Source of the DNA: Thermomicrobiales bacterium
Lineage (GTDB): Bacteria; Chloroflexota; Chloroflexia; Thermomicrobiales; UBA6265
Length of the DNA: 64,000 nucleotides
Direction: 5' to 3'
NCBI GenBank assembly: GCA_030447415.1
Contig: JAUJOZ010000010.1
Coordinates: 54,100 to 118,099 of the forward strand
Under the pieces are notes generated by a model that saw only the letters and a list, made by a program, of their open reading frames with translations, did not search any database and was not told the DNA's origin. The translations under genes were made by a program, and so were the position numbers. Shown one piece after another: positions 37,007 to 45,276 of this stretch (the first letter of the stretch is position 1; every line of letters starts with the position of its first letter).

Positions 37007-39439
37007 ATGGCAACCACTCAAGCGCCCGCCCACGGCGGAGCGTCCCTCGCCGGCGTCCCGTCCCGGATTGACCCGGAGGATCTGGCGACGCTGGAGGAGA
37101 TCGAGCGGCGCATTCTCTGGCTCTCGACGCTGATCGTCCACCACGCCAACAACGTCCGTCCCAACGCCGACAAATCGAAGGTCGGCGGCCACCAGGCCTC
37201 GTCCGCCTCCGTCGTGACGATCCTGACCGCGCTCTATTTCGCCTTTCTGCGGGCGGGCGACCGGGTCTCGATCAAGCCGCACGCCTCCCCCGTCTTCCAT
37301 GCCGCCCAGTACCTCCTGGGGCGTCTTCCGGAGCACTACCTCACCACGCTGCGCGAGTTTGGCGGACTTCAGGCGTACCCCAGCCGCACCAAGGACCCGG
37401 ATCCGGTCGACTTCTCGACCGGGTCGGTTGGCCTTGGCGCGGTGGCGCCGGTCTTCGCCGCACTCGCCGGTCGCTACGCGGAGCTGCACTTCGGCGGGGT
37501 AACGTCCGACCGCTTCGTCGCCCTGATCGGCGATGCCGAGCTCGACGAGGGGAACGTCTGGGAGACGGTGGCGGAGGAAGCGATCCAGGGACTGAACAAC
37601 GTGATCTGGATCGTAGACCTCAACCGCCAGAGCTTAGACCGAGTCATCCCGGGTGTCCGGGCGGCTCGTCTGAAGGCGCTCTTCGCCGGCGCCGGGTGGA
37701 AGGTGCTGGAAGCCAAGTACGGTTCGCGGCTCGAGGGCGCGATGAACCACCCGCGCGGCGCGGCGCTGCGGCGGCGGATCGACGCGATGAGCAACGAAGA
37801 GTATCAGGCGTTGATCCGTATCCCGGACGGCGCCGAGCTGCGGCGCCGCCTTGCCGGCGACGCGGACGTCTCCGAGCGCGACGCGATCCTCGCGGCCGTC
37901 GCCGAGACGCCTGACGCGGAGCTACGCAGCCTGGTCGCCAACCTTGGCGGGCACGACCTGCCGCGCCTGCTGGAAGTGCTGGCGGAAGCGGATGCGATAA
38001 CGGATGCGCCCGCGGTCGTCTTCGCCTACACGATCAAGGGCTACGGCCTCCCCTTTGCCGGCGATCCTCTCAACCACTCGCAGCTGCTGAGCGCTGCCCA
38101 GATGGAGGATCTGCGCCAGGACTTCGGCATCCCGGCCGACGACCAGTGGGCCGCCTTCCCGCCCACCTCCACCGCGGGACGCTGGTGCTCCGACGCCGCG
38201 CACCGGCTTGAGTCGACGGCGACCGCGGCGCCGCCGCGCGCCGTCGCCACCGTCCCGAACCGGCTCGACCTCAGGCACTCGCAGCTCACCTCGACGCAGG
38301 AGGCGCTCGGCCGGACGCTGGTTCGGCTGGCCGACGTGCCGGCCGTCGGCGAGAGGCTGGTGACCCTCTCGCCCGACGTGGCGACCTCCACCCACTTAGC
38401 GGGGTGGATCAACAAGGTGGGGGTCTTCGCACAGGAGGCGGCGGCGGACTACGAAGGGGGCGCCCAGCGGCTTCTGAGGTGGCAGCCCTCCCCGGCGGGG
38501 CGCCACATCGAACTCGGCATTTCAGAGATGAACCTGTTCATGGCGCTCGGCCAGTTCGGCCTCTCGTACGAACTGACCGGACAGCACTTGATCCCGCTCG
38601 GCACCGTCTACGACCCCTTCGTCTGCCGCGGGCTCGACGCGCTGATCTATGGACTCTACAGCGGGAGCAAGATGGTCTTCGCCGGCACGCCGGCCGGCGT
38701 CTCGCTCAGTCCGGAAGGGGGGGCCCACCAGAGCACCATCACGCCGTCGCTCGGCATCGAGCTGCCCGGCCTCGTTTCCTACGAGCCGTGCTTCGGGCGG
38801 GAGGTGGAGTGGACGTTGCTGGAGGGATTGCGGCACTGCTGCGACCGCGAGCACGGCCTGTCTACCTACCTGCGCCTCTCGACCAAGCCGATCGACCAGG
38901 GGTTGATTGACGAGCCGCTGGCGCGCTTCGGCGAGGAAGAGCTCCGTCGTCAGGTCCTGCTCGGCGGCTATCGGATCGTCGACCGCCGCGTGGCCGCGCC
39001 GCACCTGCCCCTCGCCGATACCGTCCAGATTGCCGTCCCCGGCATCATGGTCCCGGAAGCGATTGCGGCGGCCAAGGCGCTCCATGGCGAGGGGGTCGCC
39101 GCCAACGTCGTCAACGTCACCAGCGCCGACCGTCTCTACGACGCGCTACGCACCGCCCGCCGCGCGCAGCTCGCCGATGCCCACCGCCCGCTCGATCTTG
39201 GCCACCTGGCGACGCTGCTCCCGTCCGAAGAGCGACAAGCCCCGATGGTCACGATCCAGGACGGCGCCTCCCACTCCCTGGCATTCCTTGGAAGCGTCCA
39301 CGGCGTCCCGGTCGTACCCCTCGGTGTTGACCAGTTCGGCCAGTCCGGCTCCCGCCAGGCCCTCTACGAGGCGACGGGGATCGATACGGGCCAAATCATC
39401 AACGCCGCGTTCCTAGCGCTGGACCTGGCGGGAAGGTAG
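37007..39439 (+). CDS. AceE-like homodimeric-type 2-oxoacid dehydrogenase E1 / transketolase-superfamily ThDP enzyme
   Basis: ATG 37007 after AAGGAG. Contains KVGGHQASSASVVTILTALYF, the ThDP motif GDAELDEGNVWE...NRQSLD, and AGWKVLEAKYG. 810 aa. Confidence 0.85.
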   Translation: MATTQAPAHGGASLAGVPSRIDPEDLATLEEIERRILWLSTLIVHHANNVRPNADKSKVGGHQASSASVVTILTALYFAFLRAGDRVSIKPHASPVFHAAQYLLGRLPEHYLTTLREFGGLQAYPSRTKDPDPVDFSTGSVGLGAVAPVFAALAGRYAELHFGGVTSDRFVALIGDAELDEGNVWETVAEEAIQGLNNVIWIVDLNRQSLDRVIPGVRAARLKALFAGAGWKVLEAKYGSRLEGAMNHPRGAALRRRIDAMSNEEYQALIRIPDGAELRRRLAGDADVSERDAILAAVAETPDAELRSLVANLGGHDLPRLLEVLAEADAITDAPAVVFAYTIKGYGLPFAGDPLNHSQLLSAAQMEDLRQDFGIPADDQWAAFPPTSTAGRWCSDAAHRLESTATAAPPRAVATVPNRLDLRHSQLTSTQEALGRTLVRLADVPAVGERLVTLSPDVATSTHLAGWINKVGVFAQEAAADYEGGAQRLLRWQPSPAGRHIELGISEMNLFMALGQFGLSYELTGQHLIPLGTVYDPFVCRGLDALIYGLYSGSKMVFAGTPAGVSLSPEGGAHQSTITPSLGIELPGLVSYEPCFGREVEWTLLEGLRHCCDREHGLSTYLRLSTKPIDQGLIDEPLARFGEEELRRQVLLGGYRIVDRRVAAPHLPLADTVQIAVPGIMVPEAIAAAKALHGEGVAANVVNVTSADRLYDALRTARRAQLADAHRPLDLGHLATLLPSEERQAPMVTIQDGASHSLAFLGSVHGVPVVPLGVDQFGQSGSRQALYEATGIDTGQIINAAFLALDLAGR

Positions 39440-39468
39440 GAGGCCGCGAGTTACGGAACCCGAGGGCC

Positions 39469-39687
39469 TTACAGTGCTTCCCACTCGTCGCGGGAGATGC
39501 CAGCCTCGTTCAGGGTCCTGCTCAGCAGTACTTGTCCAACGTTAGCCCGGTTGGGATTCGGGACGCGCAACTGGAGGCCGCCTCGGGTCATGTACTAGTG
39601 CTTGCGACCGACATTGGAACCATCGAACCGGAGTCGCCGCAACGAGGCGCGGAGATAGTTTCGGGCGGTCGGACCGAACGGCGGCAT
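39469..39687 (-). pseudogene. HicA-family mRNA interferase toxin with in-frame TAG
   Basis: Minus frame reads MPPFGPTARNYLRASLRRLRFDGSNVGRKH*YMTRGGLQLRVPNPNRANVGQVLLSRTLNEAGISRDEWEAL. This matches the HicA/YcfA pattern. The stop codon lies at 39597-39595. The patch is lower in GC. Confidence 0.65.
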
Positions 39688-39905
39688 GATCGGACCGACT
39701 CGACCGTAATCTCGATCCCATCAATCCCAGGGATCGGCCGGTGCATCGCCAATCCGAACCCGATCCGATCGTCGCGTACCTCTTGGCGTTCAGCTCAGGT
39801 GGCCGCCGCCCCCCACCGCTGGCCCAGACGCCGGGATGCTCGGGAATGTGCCGGGAGGAGGCGGGGGCTTCCGGCAACCATTCATGGCGAGCGTGCCGCC
39901 TCGCG
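39688..39905 (-). pseudogene. HicB-like antitoxin remnant (frameshifted)
   Basis: Two minus frames give ...RHIPEHPGVWASG..ELNAK.. and ...RPIPGIDGIEITVE.., resembling the HicB N-domain (PxxPGCxSxGxTxEEAxxNAKEA...PIP). It abuts the hicA start. Confidence 0.4.
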
Positions 39906-40065
39906 GCCTGGATATCGTCGGTGAGCGAGGTCTGTCTCCTCGCGATGTGACCGCGCTCTCCGATCGTCGCCCAGCCTCAGCGGGTGTTCACCTAGGTGCG
40001 ACAATGTATGCGCCTCGCCGCGTCCATCGCGAAGTCTCCGGCCGCACGCCGAGGAGTCGCCCTCG

Positions 40066-42035
40066 ATGCCTGCACCCGCCCCGTCCTATCCGACGCTCTT
40101 CAGCCCGATCACGCTCAACCGGGTGACGGTCAAGAACCGGATCGTCAGCACCGCGCACGCGACGGCGTACGCGGTCGGCGGCTACCCGAAGGAGAAGTAC
40201 CGACGGTACTGGTACGCGGGGGCGTCGGTCTGATCGTCACCTTCGGCTCCTGCTCGGTCCACCCAACGTCCTCCGTCGCCGAATGGAGCGGCGTCGCGAA
40301 CTGGGACGACTCGATCATCCCGGATTTGGCGGCGATGGCCGAGGTGGTGCACCGCCACGGTGCGAAGATCTTCTGCCAGCTGACGCACATGGGGCGGCGG
40401 GGAACGTCGACCAACTCGTCGCGGCCCCTCCTCGCCCCCTCACCGATCTCCGAGCCGGCCCACCGCGAGCGCCCGAAGGAGATCGAACCGCACGAGATTC
40501 GCGAGATCGTCCGTGCTTTCGCCGACGCCGCAGGGCGATTGCGGCGCGCCGGTTACGACGGGGTTGAGATCACCTCGTACGGCGGCCACCTGATCGAGCA
40601 GTTCTGGGCACCGCACGTCAACCAGCGGACCGACGAGTATGGCGGCAGCCTCGAGAACCGGATGCGCTTCGGGGTCGAGGTGATCGAGGCGGTGCGCGAC
40701 CGGGTCGGCCCGGACTTCTGCGTCGGCTTTCGCATGACCGGCGACCAGCTCCTCAAGCACGGTCTCGGCCACGAGCAGATGAAGGAGATCGCGGCTCGCC
40801 TGGCCGACCTGAAGAAGCTCGACTTCTTCAACATCTCCGGCTCGACCGGCGAGACGGCCGAGCTCCAGGCCAAGACGGTGCCCTCTCTTGACAACCCGCT
40901 CGGCGTCTTCAACCGCTACGCCGCCTCGATCCGGAAGGTCGTCGGCGTCCCCGTCATCGTCGCCGCTCACATCGTCGAGCCGGCAATGGCGGAGGCCGCC
41001 CTTCGACGCGGCGACGCCGACCTGATCGGGATGACCCGCACCCTGATTGCCGACCCCGACATGCCGAACAAAGCCCTCGCCGGCGAACCGGATGAGATCC
41101 GACTCTGCACCGGCGCCAACGAGGGATGCATCGGCCGCCTCTTTCAGGGACTGCCGATCCGCTGCGTCCAGAACCCCCTCATCGGCCACGAGGACGAGCT
41201 GGACGTCCTGGCGCCGGCGCCGACCTCCCGCCGGGTGATCGTCGTCGGCGGCGGCCCGGCCGGGCTCGAGGCGGCCCGCGTAGCCGCCGCCCGAGGCCAC
41301 CGCGTCACGCTTTTCGAGCGGGCGGGCGAGCTCGGCGGGCAGGTTCGGACCGCCGCGCTCGCGCCGAACCGGGCGGAGTACGGCCGGGCCATCACCTGGC
41401 TCGTCCGTCAAATCACGAAGCTGGGGGTCGACGTCCGCCTCGGCAGCGACGCGACCGCCGAGAGCGTCCTCGCCGAGGCGCCAGACGCGGTGATCGTCGC
41501 CACGGGCGCCAGGCCGCGTCCGCCGGCCTTTCCGGCCGCCGATGGCGTCGCCGTGGTTCCGGTCGACGCGGTGCTGCGCCGCGACATCGTGCCGGCGCCC
41601 GGCCAGCGCTGCGTGGTGATTGACGAGGACGCCCACATGCGGGGTCCCGGGGCGGCGGAGGCGCTGCTCGACGCCGGGGCGCGGGTCGAAATCATCACCA
41701 AGGAGCAGACGGTCGGCCTCGATGTCGACCCGACGCTGAAACCCGCGCTCTACCGCCGCCTCTTCGAGAAGGGTGTCGTTATGACGCCACTGACGGGCGT
41801 CGTCGAGATTGCGGACGGTGCCGTCCAGGTGGAGCACGTCTACTCCGGCGAGCGCCGCGCCCTCCCCGCCGACCTTGTGGTGCTGGCGCTCGGCGGCGAG
41901 GCCCGCGCTGAGATCCACCACACCCTTCGGCAGACAGCCCCCACGCTGGAGCTTCATCGCGTCGGCGACTGTGTCGCGCCCCGCTACCTCTACGACGCGA
42001 TGCTGGAAGCGACGCGAGCAGGAAGGGCGGTGTAA
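40066..42035 (+). CDS. OYE-family NADH:flavin oxidoreductase / 2,4-dienoyl-CoA reductase-like (TIM barrel + 4Fe-4S + FAD/NAD domain), N-terminal frameshift
   Basis: ATG 40066 after GAGGAG gives MPAPAPSYPTLFSPITLNRVTVKNRIVSTAH...RRYWYAG. The frame then breaks at G5 (40218-40222), and the main ORF (39996..42035 frame) continues GGVGLIVT.... Cys cluster CTGANEGCIGRLFQGLPIRC; dinucleotide fold VIVVGGGPAGLEAA. Confidence 0.85.
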
Positions 42036-42250
42036 GGACCAGGGGCCGAGGGGCAGGACGGGTCGCCGGAGCAACGCATGTGTCGCCCGCTCGCCAAGGC
42101 GACTTCGCGCGTCACGTCAACCCAGTTCGGCACGCCGTTTTCCCGATCGAGCGGCTGCGGTCTGGAGCCTGGCGATGCACGGGTCGCCCCTACAATGACC
42201 GCGACGTCCGTGCAGCTTTGCCCACGAATTCCCGACCGATCGGAGCACCG

Positions 42251-42733
42251 ATGGACCCACTCGCCAAGAAGACCGTCCTCCGCCAGTTCACCTACGGGCT
42301 CTATGCCGTCACCGCTGCCCACGAGGGGGAGCGAGGGGTCTTCACGGCGAACTGGCTGAGCCAGGTGTCGTTCGAGCCGCCGCTCATTGTGCTCTCCGTC
42401 GAGCGCGAGAGCTCGACGCTCCCCCTGATCCGAGCCAGCGGACGCTTCGTCGTCTGCCCCTTCGCCGCCCACCAGCGCGAGCTTGCCGGCGCCCTCGGCC
42501 GGCCGAAGCACCGGGCCGGTGACAAGTTCGCAACGCTCAACCTCGCGGTCGTGGAGACGGCTACGGGCGATCCCGCCCTGGCCGACGCGCTCGGCTACGT
42601 CGTCTGCCAAGTCGAGGCGGAGATGCAGGCAGGCGACTCCATCGTCTTCCTGGCCCAGGTCATCGAGGCCCGGATCCTCAGTGAGGGCGACCCGCTCACG
42701 ATGCGCGACGCGGGGTTCCGGCACGCAGGGTGA
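42251..42733 (+). CDS. flavin reductase-like FMN-binding (split-barrel) protein
   Basis: ATG 42251 after GGAG. FTYGLYAVTAAHEGERGVFTANWLSQVSFEPPLIVLSV... 160 aa. Confidence 0.88.
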   Translation: MDPLAKKTVLRQFTYGLYAVTAAHEGERGVFTANWLSQVSFEPPLIVLSVERESSTLPLIRASGRFVVCPFAAHQRELAGALGRPKHRAGDKFATLNLAVVETATGDPALADALGYVVCQVEAEMQAGDSIVFLAQVIEARILSEGDPLTMRDAGFRHAG

Positions 42734-42765
42734 CGGTACGAACGACGGACCGCAATTCCTCGTAG

Positions 42766-42785
42766 GGGCGCCGCATGCGGCGCCC
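42766..42785. terminator. perfect 20-nt palindrome between convergent genes
   Basis: GGGCGCCGCATGCGGCGCCC is its own reverse complement. It lies 33 nt after the stop at 42733. Confidence 0.4.
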
Positions 42786-42804
42786 GTTGCCCAACCGTCC
42801 GTTA

Positions 42805-42840
42805 GGAGGGGCAGCCGGGTGAGGCAAGCCTCGCCCCTCC
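42805..42840. terminator. 8-bp GC stem hairpin between convergent genes
   Basis: GGAGGGGC (42805-12) pairs with GCCCCTCC (42833-40), 42 nt from the stop of the minus-strand gene at 42882. Confidence 0.35.
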
Positions 42841-42881
42841 CATGACGTGCTGCTTCCGAACGCGCGTCGGAGGCGCTTCGC

Positions 42882-43205
42882 TCACGGTCCGGCCGGCTCC
42901 TGGGCGAGGTCTTCCTGCTGCTCCGTCGCCTCCTCGGCGTCGTAGCCGCCACCAAGGTCGTCAGTTTCGGCTTCGGTCTCATCCTCGTCGTACTCGAGCT
43001 CATAGGCGCCGCTGGCGACCACATAGAGATCCTGGAGCAGGTCATAGGTGAGGAAGGTCACGTCGGCGAACTCGACCTCGCCGCGGACATAGCGGACGAA
43101 CAGATCCACCAACTCCTCGCCGAGGTCACGCGCCAGGGCCTCCTGCTCCGCCGGGTCCTTCGGCGGCGTGGTCGTCTCCGCCACGGCCGTCTGCTCGCTT
43201 TCCAT
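42882..43205 (-). CDS. hypothetical small acidic protein
   Basis: 107-aa ORF with very high GC3, an acidic C-terminal tail (EYDEDETEAETDD...) and no recognised family. Confidence 0.65.
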   Translation of the reverse strand: MESEQTAVAETTTPPKDPAEQEALARDLGEELVDLFVRYVRGEVEFADVTFLTYDLLQDLYVVASGAYELEYDEDETEAETDDLGGGYDAEEATEQQEDLAQEPAGP

Positions 43206-43417
43206 CCGCAGCTCCCTCCCTCCGTGCTACGCCCGCCGTGGCCGGCGCCCCAGCCTGAACGCGCTCACGGACGAGGCTAGCACGTCTCATGCCGATCGGA
43301 GCCCCGGGTCGTGGACGGTGTCCCACGGCGTGGCGCGGCGGGGCGGATCGAACGGTTCGCCCCCCCCCGCCCCCGGATGCCTGGTGCCTGGAAGGATCAG
43401 CGAGCGGGGGGAGGATG

Positions 43418-43546
43418 CTACGTCAGCGCGTCACCTACCTTGAGGGCCGGCGCCGTCATCGGTGCCGTGTTCCCAACGTCCCCGGTCGGGGCCAGCAGCC
43501 AAGCGACAACCAGAATCGCGAAGCAGGCGAAGGCGATCACGACCAT
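43418..43546 (-). CDS. possible 42-aa single-pass membrane peptide downstream of amt
   Basis: ATG 43546 lies 7 nt after GGGAGA. The peptide is MVVIAFACFAILVVAWLLAPTGDVGNTAPMTAPALKVGDALT. Speculative. Confidence 0.3.
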   Translation of the reverse strand: MVVIAFACFAILVVAWLLAPTGDVGNTAPMTAPALKVGDALT

Positions 43547-43626
43547 GGCCCGTTTCTCCCGTCTGACCGAATGACCGAACGACGCGTCGGCAGGGCGCGG
43601 GACCAGTCCCGCGCCCCGGTGAGCGA

Positions 43627-44862
43627 CTACAGCTGGTACGCGATCTCGCCGTGGGTCGTGGTGTCGAGGCCGAGCACTTCTTCCTGCTCCGGCACTCGCA
43701 GCCCGATCACCAGATCGATCGCCTTGAGGATGATCCAACTCACGGCGCCGGCATAGACGACGACCACGGCGACGGCGACGACCTGCTTGAGCAATTGCTC
43801 CGGCTCGCCGTAGAACAGGCCGTCGAACCCGCCGACGGACTCCTTGGCAAACAGCCCCGTGGCCAGAGCGCCCCAGATGCCACCCACCCCGTGCACGGCG
43901 AAGACATCGAGCGCGTCGTCGACCTTGATCACCTTCTTCAGTAAGTCGACCGCGAAGAAACAGACGACGCCGGCCCCAAGGCCGATCACGATCGCCGCCT
44001 GGGCGTCGACGAACCCCGAAGCGGGAGTGATGGCGACAAGCCCGGCCACCGCGCCCGCCGCCGCGCCGAGCACGCTTGGCTGGCCGTGGCGCATCCAGCT
44101 GACCGTCATCCAGGTCAGCGCGCCCATGGCCGCGGCGGTGTTCGTAACGACGAAGGCATTCGCCGCGAGGCCGTTGGCAGCGAGGGCGCTGCCGGCGTTG
44201 AAGCCAAACCAGCCGAACCAGAGGAGTCCCGCGCCGAGGACAGTGAGGGTCAGGTTGTGCGGGTCGAGCGGCTCACGCCCAAAGCCGATCCGTCGCCCGA
44301 GCATGCTTGCCGCGACGAGGGCGGAGATGCCCGAGGTGATATGAACCACGGTCCCGCCGGCGAAGTCGAGCGCCCCGTACTCCCGCAGCCAGCCATCGAG
44401 CGCCCAGACCCAGTGCGCCACGGGGGCGTAGACGAACGTCGCCCAGAGCAGGGTGAAGAGGACGAACGCTTTGAACCGCTTGCGCTCGGCGAACGCCCCC
44501 GTGATGAGCGCCGGGGTGATGACGGCGAACATCATCTGGTAGGCCATGAACGCTTCATGCGGCACGGTTGCCGAGTACGGTCCGGGCTCGATTCCCACGC
44601 CATCGAGCGCGAGCCAGTCGAAGCCGCCGATGAGCCCGCCGCGGTCGGGGCCGAAGGCCAGCGTGTATCCCCACAGCACCCACTGCACGCTGATCAAGGC
44701 CAAGATGAAGAAGGAATGCATGATGGTGGCAAGCACGTTCTTGCGCTGGACCAACCCGCCGTAGAAGAACCCGAGCGCCGGCGTCATCAGCATAACGAGC
44801 GCAGCCGAGGCCAGCACCCACGCGGTATCGCCCGAATCGATTGCCGTCGGAGCCACAGGCAC
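43627..44862 (-). CDS. amt: ammonium transporter
   Basis: 411 aa with Amt signatures DSGDTAWVLASAALVMLMTP.LGFFYGG, DFAGGTVVHI, AVHGVGGIWG. The start may be GTG 44856 (better spacing from GGAGGG). Confidence 0.93.
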   Translation of the reverse strand: MPVAPTAIDSGDTAWVLASAALVMLMTPALGFFYGGLVQRKNVLATIMHSFFILALISVQWVLWGYTLAFGPDRGGLIGGFDWLALDGVGIEPGPYSATVPHEAFMAYQMMFAVITPALITGAFAERKRFKAFVLFTLLWATFVYAPVAHWVWALDGWLREYGALDFAGGTVVHITSGISALVAASMLGRRIGFGREPLDPHNLTLTVLGAGLLWFGWFGFNAGSALAANGLAANAFVVTNTAAAMGALTWMTVSWMRHGQPSVLGAAAGAVAGLVAITPASGFVDAQAAIVIGLGAGVVCFFAVDLLKKVIKVDDALDVFAVHGVGGIWGALATGLFAKESVGGFDGLFYGEPEQLLKQVVAVAVVVVYAGAVSWIILKAIDLVIGLRVPEQEEVLGLDTTTHGEIAYQL

Positions 44863-45276
44863 ACCCTCCAGCCATTCCCTCTCCCACCCCTCAACCGCTT
44901 GCTACCCCAGTCTAGGGAGGCCCCCCGTCCAGGGGAACGTGCCGGCCGACCGAATCCACAGCGAGGTTTTGTGCAGAATGCCCAGTCGAAGAGCCGAACG
45001 GCCGCGCCACTGGTCCGCCCCGGACGGCGGCTGACTGGCCGACCGCACGGATCGCGTCCCGCAGCGCGGCCTCGTTACCACTCCGGTGGTCGGCGCGTTA
45101 GACGGGAGAGACAAGGAACGGTCCGGACGGCCGGCACCGGGCGGGCCGCGTCCCGCGTGGTTCGGCCTTCGGGGCGCGTCGTATACTCGACGAGCCCGAC
45201 GGCCACTCGACGGCCCAGATGCCGAACGCCCCCGACCGCGCCCTTGGCGGCGCCCAGCCACGAGGCAGCAGCACGC

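Noticed and set aside
40440-42074. 544-aa minus-strand ORF
   Set aside because: It is antisense to the OYE/FadH-like gene. Shadow ORF.
44086-45276. N-terminal ~400 codons of the 1251-aa plus ORF
   Set aside because: This part is antisense to amt and then crosses the intergenic region. Only the part from about 45277 looks like a real (membrane) protein.
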